Shown: in pieces, positions 24,246 through 35,937 of the stretch | Position numbering within the stretch: position 1 is the stretch's first letter | How the letters are laid out: every line of letters starts with the position of its first letter | Assembly: GCF_000281045.1 (NCBI RefSeq) | Contig: NW_008246084.1 | Span: 75,538-139,537, forward strand | DNA length: 64,000 nucleotides | Direction: 5' to 3' | Origin: Saprolegnia diclina VS20 | Lineage: Eukaryota | Translations under genes and position numbers: made by a program | Notes under the pieces: model-generated | The model's input: only the letters and a program-made list of their open reading frames with translations | Databases searched by the model: none | Told to the model about the DNA's origin: nothing

Positions 24246-27200
24246 ATGGCAAGCTTCCGACCGGGCGCGCCGGGCTACGGGTCGACTGCTGGGAGCGTCT
24301 CCATGTCGGCCTTCGTCAAGGACAAGAGCCTCGCGTACGTCGAGCGCATGCTTGCGGTCACGGCGCGGGGCGGCGTCTACTACTCGAACGACGTGCAGGC
24401 GACGCTCGCGATCCCGAGCCATCTGGATGCGACCAAGGTCTGCAGCCGCGTGATCCATGCACTCAAGCGCGAGCCCAACGTGGTGGCCACCGAGACGTCC
24501 GAGGGCAACTGGCGCTTTGAGGGCCCCCACACCTCAATGGACCGTCCGATCGTCACGGCCGACGCAGTCAAGACGCTCTACGACGCGATCCTGCTCGAGC
24601 ACAGCGTGAGCGTGAGCCTCCTCGTGCGCAACTCGGCCAAGTACCCGCTCTCGAACCTGCGGAACCGCTTGCACAAGACGGGGTATCTCTCGACCGACGC
24701 CATTGCAACCGCCATCGACATCATCCTCGATACGGTGCTTCGACACGACACGAGCATCCGCTTGATCAACAACGACATGCTCATCTCGACCGACAAGACG
24801 CAAGACGAGCAGCCGCAGCAAAACGACGACGACGACGACGAGCTCCCGACTGAACGCGATGCTTTGGTGGCCGTGCTCGCCCACCGACTCGCAAGAAAGG
24901 CCATCTACTCGCGCCGGTCGGTCGGCCTCGTCGAGCAGCAGCTCCTCGTGCACAAGCTACCCGATACGGGTATGCGACGCCGCGTCGTGCAGCGACTGCA
25001 AGCGATCGGGTGCTTTCTCTTTGTCGGCGACAACGACGCGACCGCCATCGTGACGCTGGACCCGGACTGCCTCTCCCGCCCAATTCAAGCGTTTGGCGAC
25101 CTTAGCTTTCTGCGGCGGACGTGTGCCATGTGGCCAGCCGTCAGTAACGGTGTCACCAAGGTCGTGGCACGACCCCCGCCCGTGTCTGTCCCCGCTTCGA
25201 CGGCAACAACGCCGAAAAGTAGTGCATATTCGTCGGCGTCAGGACTGACGCCCGATCAAGTGCATGCTGCCGTCGAAGCCTACATCTTTGCCGCGCAGCA
25301 GTGGCTGGATGCCCATGCCGAGGCGTGTCCGTCCGCCCACGTCTACTCGTGGAAGGTCGGGCTGACGTTTCCAGTGCCACTCAGTGTCATGAAGTCCATC
25401 GTGGTCCCGGCCCTCGTGACAGACCCGCGCCTGCGCTACCGTCCGAGCTACCTCACGCTCTACTGCTTTGGCCCGCAAGCGGACGCCATCTCGGACGACG
25501 CACCCGCGACGCTCGATGACGTCATGGACCAAGTCGTGCCGCATTTCCGGACGCGCATGCTGGCCATGACGCGGAAAGGCGAGATGTACGGCGCCGCAGA
25601 CGTCATTGGGTCACTGCGTGTGCCACCGCATCTCACCAAGGACTCGGCCGTCAACTGCGTCCTCGACGCGCTTGCTCGGCACCCCGATGTCACGTGGCGC
25701 GCTGGCGACACGCTCAGCCACTCGGGTTTTGTCTCGAGCGAGAGCCAAGCCAAGCCAGCGACGCCGGTCGTTGTACCGCCACTCGTCGCGTCGCAGTGGG
25801 TCATCACACCGTCGATGCCGTCGTCGCCAGTGTCCCCGTCGCCGCCGCGCCCCACGAGCTCGCTCACGGTCGACACGCGGCCACGGACACTCTACGATGC
25901 GCTGCTCATCGAGCACAGCGTCCGCGTCGTCGAGCTCGTGCATGCGGCGGCCGGCCACGCGTACTTGCTCGAGCACGTGGCGAGTCGCTTGGCGCGCACG
26001 TCGTACATTCCGCCGGCGTCGGCGCAGGACGCGCTCGAGACCGTCGTCAGCATGGTGCTCCGGCTGGACCCGAGTCTGCGCGTGCTCGAGTCGGGTGACG
26101 GTCCTTGCTTGGCGCTGAAGGCCTCGGTGTCGCGGGTCGTGGCCGACATGGACGCGTCGCTACCGAGTGAGCTCAGCGCCGTCATGGACGTTGTCGCGCG
26201 GCGGTTTGCGCGGCGAATTGCGTATGCGCCGATGCGTTTGGTGTCGATGGCGATGCAGCTCACGCAGTGGGGCGTCAGCAACGTCGCGGACGTGCTCGTC
26301 GGTGTCCAGGCGCGGCTGCAGTCGGTCGGGTGCTTTGCATCGGCGGTCGTCGGCCCGGACGTCGTCACGGCCATCGACCATGCGTGCTTGCTGCGGCCGG
26401 CGAGTGAGTTTGGTGCGCTCGTGTTTCTCCGGCGCGAGCCTCGCTTCACGTCGTCCAGTGACGTCACGTCGCCTTTGACAAAGCCACCACCTGGCATGAT
26501 CCTCTCGCCGATCAAGCCGACGATCGAGGCGTCCGTGTCTCTGCCGCCCGCCCTCGCGTCCAACTCGCTTTTGGATCTGCTGCTCGATTGGCATGCGATC
26601 ACGCTCGGGGACGCCGTGCACGCGCAGGGCGAACCGATGGCCGTCACCCGCGTCCACCGGCACCTCGAACGCGCGGGGTACATTGCGCCGGACCTGCTGC
26701 CACGAGCCATCTCGGTCGTCCTCGCGCAGTTTGCGTCGGACCCGAGCCTCGCGTTGGAGGGCGATGGTGACGACATGGTTGTCATGCCGATGGGCGACCG
26801 CCGTCTGTGGAGTGCGCCGCGGTCAACGCCGTGTGATGGCCCGAGCATGGTGCACGCAACTGTGATTGAGTTTATCGAGCTCATCGTCAAGGCGCCGTTG
26901 GACTACGTCGCCATGGCGCGCGTCGTCAAGGAGAAGCCGCGCTTTGGCTACTCGACGAGCAAGACGATGAAGCTTGTGCAGCAAGCGCTCTTTGAGACCG
27001 ACTGCTTTCAAGTACTCAAGACGGGCGAGAAGGCGCTCGTGACGATCGCGCCGTGGGCCCTCATGCGCAAAGCGAGTGTGCTCGTCAAGCACGCGCTCCT
27101 TGCGGACTTGCTTGCTCGCTGGTTCTCTCCGCCATCGAATGGCGACCGTCCTCTGGACGATGCTGCTCCGATTATCGACGGCCGCATCGAGACTTCGACG

Positions 27201-30200
27201 GCCGCGGTGGTTGACCGATGGGCCGTCGACGGCCCAACGACCGATGCAAATGCACTCGAGGCGTACGTGGCGGCGGCGCTGAATTGGCTGTCGACGCATG
27301 ACGAAGCGTGTGGCGAAGCCGTCATTTACGACCTCAAGCTCGAGTACCCGGTCTTGCCTGGCGTGATCAAGACGCAGATCCTTCCTGCACTCAAGCGCGA
27401 CCCGCGATTGCAAAGCCGCCCAAGCTACCTCGCCGGCTTTTGCTTTGGGCCGCGCAGCAATAGCAACACGAGCGCGCCGCTCTTGACGCAGGTGCTGACG
27501 CAGGTGCTGCCGCACATCAAGCGGTCGATGCTCGCGACGATCGAGAAAGGACGGCCGTTCCACGAGTCGGACGTGCGCGGGCTGCTGCGCCCGCCAGCGA
27601 CGCTGTCGCTCGACGTTGTCGTGCAGCATGTGCTTGGCGCGCTCCAACAAGAGCCCAACGTTCGCTTTACGCTCAAGAGCGACACGGGGCGTCTGGTGTT
27701 TTTCAGTCGCCAGGACGACGACGAGAACGACGACGACGACGATGACGAGGACGACGATGATGATGAAGAGGAAGCGGGCGACGATGACGTAGACGATGAG
27801 AACGATGCCGTCCACGCGGCCGATAGTGTCTCAGTGACGTCGATGGCCGAGAGCTCAGCGACGGTGGATGACGCCAGCATGTGGAACATCCGAGCGATCG
27901 AAGCGCTCGTGTCTCCAAAGAGCGAGGTGGCGAGCGACGATGCGCTCGTGGCGCTGCACCACGAGACCTTTTTGGCGTCGATCCTTACGTCCGTGGCGTC
28001 CGGCGACGTGTTTTACGCGTCGTCCGTCTCGTATCAAGTGCGTGCGCTCGTGGACGACGACAGCGCGGCCGAGATGGCCGTGGACGCGGTCCTTGCGTCG
28101 CTGCGGCTGCACCCTCAACTGCGCTACTGCGACAACGACGACGGCCACGGTCCGTGCTTTGTGTCGGCGACACGCCCGCCGACGCCACCGCCACCGATGA
28201 TCGATCCGTCGACGGTCCAGAAACACGTCGCGGCGCTGAGCCAACGCATGGAGCACGCACTGCTAACGACGATGCGCTTTGACGTGGGCTTTGTGCCTGG
28301 CGTTGGCGACTACACCAGCAGCGACCTCGCGCGTCTCGTGGTCGCCGAGGTCGCCAAAGACCCGCGCTTTGTACTGCGCACGACAAACGAACGCCAACCG
28401 TACTTTGAAAAGTCGAGTGCGTCGCTCCGCACGCCAGTGTCGCCGCCGCGGAAGCCCGATCCGCACGCCCGGCCGGCGGCCATTCCGGTGGAGCCAGTCG
28501 CCTTGACGCCGCCGGTACCTGCGCACGTGGACGACACACCGCGACTGGCAAACGTCGAGTTTCACGGGTCGGTCGCCGTGATCAAGACGGCGGTGCAGCT
28601 GCGCGACGTCGTGGCCGCGCACGCGATCTTGCGCGAGCCGTGGCTACCCGGTCGTATCGCGCTTGCCATCCACGGCAACGGGTCTGCACTCTTGTTGGCG
28701 ATTGCCTGGGGAACCGAAGCACTTATCGTCGACTGCGAGAGCACCCGCGTCGATGTCGTTGCGACGCTACTGCAGCCCGTGCTCCTCTCGCCCAGTGTCT
28801 GCAAGGTCGTATACGGCTCGCATATGCAAGCCAGCGCCTTGGTGCGATTGGCCAACAGTCCGATCGCCTCACTCATTGACTTGGAGCTCCTCCTCGAGCA
28901 CCAGACGTCGCGCTTCAGCGTCTCGTTTGCCGAGATGCTCTCCGTCGTCGGACTGCCTGCGCACCCGCACCCGCGGTACCTCGACCGCCCCGACTTTTTG
29001 AACCACCGCCCGCTGCTTCCAGAAGCCACGCAAGCCGCGGCGGCGACGGTGCAGCTGCTGCTTCAAGCCTCAGACGTGCTCGCCAAGGCCATTTTTGACA
29101 ACATATCGCCGCTCATGACCGCCTCCAACCAGAGAATCCATCAGGCCATTGCTTGCGATGGTCAGCGGTCGCTGTGCTTTGACGCGCAGCAGAATCAGCG
29201 ACTCGTCTCGACCGAGTACCTCCAGGCGTGGCGACCCCACGATGTTGTTTCGAGTCCGCCAGTGGTGATCCACGAAGACTTGGACGACATTTTGGGGCTA
29301 TTGCCACCTGACCTCGCGGCGCCACTGCTCCAACCAGAGGTCAGCGCCAAGCTACTGGACATTGTCTTGGACATCGGACGCCGACCGTGGGCGTGGGTCA
29401 ACGGCGCACGTTTCTTCCTCGATCCGAATAACCACGACCGCGTCGTCACGAGAGACGACCTCGATTCGATCGTGGAGCGCGTCGGCGGCTTTGGCAGCGA
29501 CAACCGCGCCGGCCTCGAGCGACAACTGCACCGTATCTCGGCGATTCGCAACCGCCAAGACAGGATCATCGCCCTGACGATTCGCGTCGGCCGGTACATT
29601 GAAGGCAACGCGGGCTTGATCGCGGATCTTCTGGCAATGGAAGACAAAAACATTCTCTTCCTCGGCGAACCGGGCTGCGGCAAAACCACCATCGTCCGCG
29701 AAGTCTCTCGGCAGCTCGCCACCAAGTACAACGTGTGCATCGTCGACACGAGCAACGAGATTGCAGGTATACGACTCTCTATCTCGTGCTGGTAGAGAAG
29801 AAGAACCCTAACCACGTTTTGTTCCGAAGGTGATGGCGACATTCCGCATCCGTGCGTGGGCCTGGCGCGGCGCATGATGGTGCCGTCGCTCGACGACCAA
29901 GCCGCTGTGATGGTCGAGTGCGTCCAGAACCACACGCCCGAGGTCATGGTCATTGACGAGATTGGTCGCCCGAACGAAGTCGAGGCCGCGCGTACGTGCA
30001 AGCAGCGTGGCGTGCGCATCGTAGCCTCGGCGCACGGCGACCTCCGGAAGTTGCTCAAGAACAAGCCGCTGCGAGGTCTTGTGGGCGGCGTCGAGTCGGT
30101 GACGGTCGGCGACGCACTCGCCAAGGAGAAGCAAAAGAAGGACGACAACGGGCCGCTGCGAAAGCTCTTGGCGCAGCGTGGTGGTGAGCCGATCTTTGAA

Positions 30201-30365
30201 GTGGTTGTGGAGCTGCGTCGGGGGCAGTACAACGCGTGGCGCATCGTGACGGACGCTGCGTCGGCGGTCGATGGCATTTTGGCCGGCGAGGCGTACAAGG
30301 CGCAAGTGAGGACGCGGGCTCTGTACGGCGGCGTGGGCTTTGGGTACGATGTCGAGTCGATCTAA
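24246..30365 (+). CDS. Gene B: long N-terminal module array + degenerate 3'-5' exonuclease-like domain + Ycf45/SpoIIIAA-family ATPase (~2018 aa, 2 exons)
   Basis: 1853-aa ORF joined to the 29856..30365 ORF by intron 29767..29829. Same ATPase motifs as gene A. Acidic poly-D/E tract at ~27715-27805. Confidence 0.9.
28873..30319 (+). repeat. Right arm of the ~1.45-kb inverted repeat
   Basis: Identity starts abruptly at TCATTGACTTGGAGCTCC and ends after AAGGCGCAAGTG.GGACGCGGGC. Confidence 0.95.
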
Positions 30366-30611
30366 ACTCGGAGACCTAAACCTAGCATTTTGATAACAAC
30401 GTCGATGTGATGCGCTCTGGAGTCTATGTGGGCATAGTCTAGTTTAGTAAACCTAGTAGGCACTAGCAATCCTGTCGCATAGTCTCAACTTGCCTTCTGT
30501 CGTGTCCTGTCAATGACTCCATATAGCCGTTGTACACCATTTCCGTGAGTAAACACTATTCACGGCGAATTGCCACCTCGTTGTCCAGTCGCAAGAGTTC
30601 AACGGAGCGCG

Positions 30612-32240
30612 ATGGCCCCACGCCGCCTCCTCGACGCGCTGCTCGAAGACCACGCCGCTCGGCTGGCGACGCTCATCCACGCGCAGGCGCCAGAGCAGTA
30701 CGCAGTCGCCAAGCTGCGCAAGAAGCTCGTCAAAAAGTCCCAGACGCTGCCGCCGGCGCAGCGCGACGCCGCCGTCGCTACCGTCGTCAACCTTCTCGTG
30801 CAAGACCCGCACATCACGCTCGTCGCCAAGCGCCAGCTCGTTTCGTCCGGCGCAGCAGCGTCCGCACCAGAGGAAGCGCTGCCGGTGCTCCACCACCTCG
30901 CACGCCAAGTGGCGTCGCACCCTGTCAGCCTGGCGACAATTCAGGGCCACATAGAAAAGGCCACCGCGACAGCGACCGTGCAAGAGCTCGTGGATGCGCT
31001 GCTCCACCTCGGATGCTTTCGCCAAGGCAAGAACGGCAAGGGCGCCGACGCGATCCTGTACGACGAAGCCGCGCTGCTGCGGCCCGTCACGGACTTTGCC
31101 GATGTGAGTTTTTTGCGGTCGTATGCCCATGCATCGGTGGCCAATGAGCCGGAGAAGCCAAAGAAGGTCAAGAAGACCACGAAGACTACGAAGGCCAAGG
31201 AGCCAAAGGTCGAGGCCAAGACGCCGCCCGCGCCGATGCCAGTGCCCAGCGGGAGCCTCTTGGACGCGCTCGTGCAGGACCTTGCCGTGCGCATCGTATT
31301 TTTGATTCAGCTCGAGCTCAAAAAGACTGGCGCGTGCGTCGGCTGGCGAGCACTCATCGAGAAGCGTCTGCGACTGGCGGCGTTTGTGCCGACGGCGCAT
31401 TTTGACGCCGCCGTCGCTGCCGTCGAAGCGACGGTTGTCACGTGCGGCAACGTTGTCGTGACTGCCGACGGCAACCTGCAGCTCGCACCCGGCGCCGTGG
31501 CGCAGACCAAGTACACACTCCCGACGTCGCCCAAGCCGGACGTCATCTCGAAATTGGTGACACGCTACGCCAGTCGCGCCGTGGCCGCTCCGGTTCCCCT
31601 CAAGACGCTTCAAAACGAGCTGGGAAACAAGCCCGTCGAGAAGCACGACCCAGCCAAGGCCGTCGCCCTCGTGCTGCGCGGGCTCGAGCGCTTGGGTTGC
31701 TTTCACGTTGATCGCACCAACCCCAAGAAGGAGGTTGTTGCGATCTTGCCGTCCAGCCTCGTGTGCCCGGTATCAAGCTTTGAGGACCTCCACTTTCTGC
31801 AAACGCCACCGGCTCCCGTCACGGCGCCAACGACAAAGACAAAGGCGAAAAAGAAGAAGGCAAAGCAGCCGAATACGCCGCCACACGTCGAGGCAGCACG
31901 GGCAGAGGTTGACACCAACGTCGACAGTGCGACTACGGTCGCGCCGTCCGACGTGCCGGCCCTCGTCGAGGCCTACATGGCGCTCTTCCTGGACGCGCTG
32001 GCGGAGTGGGTCGAAGGCGGCAACGACTTTCATGTCTCGTACATCCGCGGGCAACTCCAGCCGCTCTTGCCACCGGGGACCGACACGACGGAGATTGTCG
32101 ACGCTGTCGTGGCGGCGCTGCGTCAAGATGCGCGATTCGTATGGACAGAGGCAAAAGGACACCAACGCTACTTTAGTCGGCAACCGCCCCGTGCTGCGTC
32201 GTCGTCCAACATCACGGAGGCCGAACACACTCTTGCCTAA
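30612..32240 (+). CDS. Gene C: hypothetical protein built only from the modules found in genes A and B (no nuclease or ATPase domain)
   Basis: Intronless 542-aa ORF. LLDALLEDH, LGCF..ALLRPVTDFADVSFLR and LAEWVEGGNDFHVSYIRGQL..ALRQDARF match motifs in A and B. Confidence 0.85.
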   Translation: MAPRRLLDALLEDHAARLATLIHAQAPEQYAVAKLRKKLVKKSQTLPPAQRDAAVATVVNLLVQDPHITLVAKRQLVSSGAAASAPEEALPVLHHLARQVASHPVSLATIQGHIEKATATATVQELVDALLHLGCFRQGKNGKGADAILYDEAALLRPVTDFADVSFLRSYAHASVANEPEKPKKVKKTTKTTKAKEPKVEAKTPPAPMPVPSGSLLDALVQDLAVRIVFLIQLELKKTGACVGWRALIEKRLRLAAFVPTAHFDAAVAAVEATVVTCGNVVVTADGNLQLAPGAVAQTKYTLPTSPKPDVISKLVTRYASRAVAAPVPLKTLQNELGNKPVEKHDPAKAVALVLRGLERLGCFHVDRTNPKKEVVAILPSSLVCPVSSFEDLHFLQTPPAPVTAPTTKTKAKKKKAKQPNTPPHVEAARAEVDTNVDSATTVAPSDVPALVEAYMALFLDALAEWVEGGNDFHVSYIRGQLQPLLPPGTDTTEIVDAVVAALRQDARFVWTEAKGHQRYFSRQPPRAASSSNITEAEHTLA

Positions 32241-32298
32241 TCCAACACCAATATTCTCCAAATTGAAACCCCACAATGTTGACAATTCTCACAAAGAA

Positions 32299-33264
32299 CT
32301 AGAACGTGTCTTTGGAGGAAGCAAAATGCGATAGCAGCGCTGCTGCCACGTCACTTCGGTGCTGCACATGCACGTCGTGGCCCGAGGCGGCAAAGACAAT
32401 GCTCTTGGTTCGAGGGCCCTCCAGCGCGTTATAGAGCTGCGTCGAGTGGTCGGGGTGCAGCATCCGGTCTTGCTTGGCGCCGATAACGAGGATCGGGTAC
32501 CCCGCCGCTTGCACCGCGCGCAGGCGGGAATAGCTCACTGTGTGGGATGCGACGGCCGCGTACTGACCGAGGACACCGCTGAGCGCAGGTGCACCCCGCG
32601 CTTGTCGCGCCATGTGATGCTCGTACAAGACGGCGCCGGTCGTCAGCTCGTCGGCACCGTGGACTGGCGTGCCGAGGTACTCGTCTGGGAAGAGCACGTA
32701 GAGCATCGTCGATGCGGCCGTGTGGTGCGACGGGAAGAGGAGGCTTGTCGCGATCGCCCAGTAGCCCGAGAGCTGCGCCCAGCCCGGCCACGGACCCCAA
32801 ACAAAGCTTGGCGTGGTCACGAGAAGCGCCAGTGACCGAACGCGAGCGGTATGCAATGACGCGAGTTCTTGCGCGATCATGCCGCCCATGCTTGCGCCGA
32901 CTACGTGCGCACGCGGCCAGCCCAAGTGATCCAGGAGCTGGACAACATCGGCGGCCATACCGGAGGTCGTGTAGCGGCCCCACGGCTTGTCGGTGCCACC
33001 GACACCGCGGTTGTCAAACGTCAAGAACTGGTAGCGCCGGCTCTCGGCGCTGGCACGGAAGGCCGACAGAAGCGGCAACCACGCTTCCTTGTCACCGAGA
33101 AGCCCCATGATGAGGAGGACCTTCTCGGGCGCGTCGTCGTCGCCGTGGAGCGCGTAGGCCATGCGCAGGCCGCTGCGTAAGGTCGCTATCTCGACGCGGT
33201 CGTAGTGCTGCGCGAGCGCGTCGTCCGTGAAGAGCCTCGTCAGCGGCAGGAGCTCCGTCGTCAT
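32299..33264 (-). CDS. Alpha/beta-fold hydrolase (peptidase S33 / Abhydrolase_1-like), intronless paralog 1
   Basis: 321-aa ORF with FDNRGVGGTD, nucleophile GASMGG, acid QDR and His SGHDV. Confidence 0.92.
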   Translation of the reverse strand: MTTELLPLTRLFTDDALAQHYDRVEIATLRSGLRMAYALHGDDDAPEKVLLIMGLLGDKEAWLPLLSAFRASAESRRYQFLTFDNRGVGGTDKPWGRYTTSGMAADVVQLLDHLGWPRAHVVGASMGGMIAQELASLHTARVRSLALLVTTPSFVWGPWPGWAQLSGYWAIATSLLFPSHHTAASTMLYVLFPDEYLGTPVHGADELTTGAVLYEHHMARQARGAPALSGVLGQYAAVASHTVSYSRLRAVQAAGYPILVIGAKQDRMLHPDHSTQLYNALEGPRTKSIVFAASGHDVHVQHRSDVAAALLSHFASSKDTF

Positions 33265-33622
33265 TGCTGCTTCAAGATTGCCACGTGGTTTGTAACAGCA
33301 AGTTTAAAACACGATGACGCAAACACCATCACTCTTGATGCATACACTCTGCGATCTTCTCGCAGAAAGCCATGCGCCACACCAGAGCTTGCGGTGGGCT
33401 CCAGCTGTCCCCGCAACGAGAGGCCTACGCAAAGCCTATTGCTTTAATCAGAGCGATAGTAGTCTTGCAGTCATCGTACGTACAAGTCGGACGGCGGCGG
33501 CGCGATGGAGCCGTAAGCACGCAGCTGCGCCGGATGCTCTGGAACGACCTTGCCCTTTGTTGTGAAATCTCAACAGTATCTTTTTGGATTTCGAAGCAGA
33601 CGCCACTGGGACCAGTTGCGCA

Positions 33623-34614
33623 ATGCCAAGCGACGCCAGCGTCTTCTCGCCCGCGACGGTCGCCAAGCACTACCGCGAGACGACGCGGCACATTGTGCTG
33701 CCCAACGGCCTCAGCGTCGAGTACGCCGTCCACGGCGACGACGAGGCGCCCGAGAAAGTCCTGCTCATCATGGGCCTCCACTTTGAAAAGGAGGCGTGGC
33801 TTCCGCTCATCGCTACGCTGCTCGATGATGCCGAGCGGTCGCCTCGCGTGCAGCTCGTCTCGTTCGACAACCGCGGCGTCGGCGGCTCGGACAAGCCATG
33901 GGCATTCTACTCGACGTCGCAGATGGCCCAAGACACGTTGCAGCTCCTCGACGCCTTGCAGTGGCCGTCGGCCCACATCGTTGGCATCAGGTAGTCGACT
34001 CCATCGTCCTCTTTCAGCTCAAGTCAATCTGTAGCATGGGCGGCATGATCTCGCAGGAGCTTGCGCACGCGGCGCCACACCGCGTGCAGTCGTTGAGCCT
34101 CCTCGTGACGGCGCCGGGCTTTCGCCGAGGGCCGTTGCCCCGACTGCACCAGCTTGCCGGCTACTGGAAGTCGTGCGTCAACATGATTTTGCCGACGCGC
34201 GAAAGCATCACCGACATGCTTCTCTACGTCTTGTACCCCGACACGTTTCTTGGTGCGTCCGACGGCCACGTCGGGAAGCTCCTCCACGAGTTTCACATGC
34301 ACCGCCTCCAGTACGCGCGCAACCAGATCAGCGGCGCGATCGGCCAAGCGACCGCGCTCCTGCGCCACGACATGAATAGCGACCGGCTCCGGCAGGTCCA
34401 AGGCGCGGGCTTCCCGATTCTTATCGTCGCCGCCAAGCTCGACCGGCTCCTCCACTCGGACAACTCCAAGTTCCTCTACAAGCATCTCAAGGGCCCTCAG
34501 ACGCACAAGCTCGTCTTTGACGACACGGGCCACGGCGTGCACGTGCAAAAGCGGCACGAAGTCGCCGCCGCCTTGCTGCAGCTCTTCGCGAGCAACCCGA
34601 TGGCGCAGGTGTAA
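33623..34614 (+). CDS. Alpha/beta-fold hydrolase paralog 2
   Basis: FDNRGVGGSD; GI-S-MGG split by intron 33991..34034; LDRL; TGHGV. Confidence 0.92.
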
Positions 34615-34833
34615 CCGGATCCGGATAAATGACGTGGCAGCGTGCATGGCATGTATTTGAATACGCAATGTTGCGTGTGTCGGAGCCGGGAACGACATTC
34701 TTACGTTCATAAATTGCGAAGACTCGAGGCGCAGAGAGCTCGGCATAGATGAGGTAAAGAGCATGCAAGGTGGCGGCGCGGCCTTGCGCCCGTGTCACAG
34801 ACATGATTCTCTCTGCGAGATGCCATCCCACCT

Positions 34834-34848
34834 GTCATTTTCGAATTC
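34834..34848 (+). promoter_or_regulatory. Possible oomycete initiator/flanking promoter (INR+FPR) element
   Basis: GTCATTTTCGAATTC just upstream of the ATG at 34856 resembles the oomycete TCATTYYNCAWTT core-promoter consensus. Confidence 0.35.
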
Positions 34849-34855
34849 GCCAAGG

Positions 34856-35864
34856 ATGGTCCACGACGCGTCCATATACACGCCAGCATCGATCGCTGAC
34901 ATCTACAGCGACATCGTCCACGTCGCGCTGCCCAACGAGCTCACGATCGAATATGCACTCCACGGCGACAACGACGCGCCGGAGAAGGTCGTCCTCATCA
35001 TGGGGCTCATGTCCGAGAAGGAGGGCTGGGCCCCGCTGATTGCGACGCTCCTCGAGCCCGGCACAGCGACCGCGCACCGGTATCAGTTCTTAACGTTTGA
35101 CAACCGCGGCGTCGGCGGCACGGACAAGCCCGCCGAGTACTACTCGACGTCGCAGATGGCCGACGACGCGCTCTTGTTGATGAAGTACGTTGGGTGGTCC
35201 AAGGCCCACATCGTCGGCATCAGGTACAGAGTTCTTATTGGCATCGCCTTTGCTCACAAACGTCTCTAGCATGGGCGGCATGATTGCGCAGGAGGTCGCG
35301 TCGCGCGGCCCCGACCATGTCCAGTCGCTCGCACTGCTCGTGACGACGCCCGGCGGCGTGCACATGGCGCTGCCCCACACGCCGCAGCTGGGCGGCTTCT
35401 GGGAGCTCGCCAAGCTCCTCGTTGGCGCCGACGACCCGCTGCATACGATGCTCTACACCATGTACTCGGACGCGTTTCTCGAGACGACGGTCGATGGCAA
35501 TGCGAATACGACGTACCGCGATCTCCTCTCGGCCTTCCACAAAGAACGCCTCGAACACACGCGCATCACGTCGTCGGGCAAGAAAGGACAGTACGCCGCA
35601 TGCTTGAAGCACAGCATGAGTCCCCGCCGCCTCCGCGCGATCCGGGAAGCCGGCTTCCCGATCCTCGTCGTCGGCGCCGGCCAAGACCGGCTCTTGCACT
35701 TCCACAACACGGAGATCCTCTACGACCACCTGCAGGGCGAGCTCACGACCAAGCTCATCTACCAACAGTCCGGCCACGGCGTCCTCGTCCAAGAGCGCGT
35801 CGCGCTCGCCATGGCCCTCGACGCTCACTTTCGGAAAAACGTCCTCGTGTCGCAGTTGTTTTAA
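34856..35864 (+). CDS. Alpha/beta-fold hydrolase paralog 3
   Basis: FDNRGVGGTD; GI-S-MGG split by intron 35224..35269; QDRL; SGHGV. Confidence 0.92.
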
Positions 35865-35937
35865 ATCAAGTTGATATTTCATGACGTGGCGCGCCGCGGA
35901 ATCGGTGTTATAGCTATGGCTTGAGTGAAAGCTTCTA

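Noticed and set aside
19593..30365. Bacterial contamination or a sporulation (spoIIIAA) operon
   Set aside because: The genes contain spliceosomal introns and match the composition of flanking eukaryotic genes.
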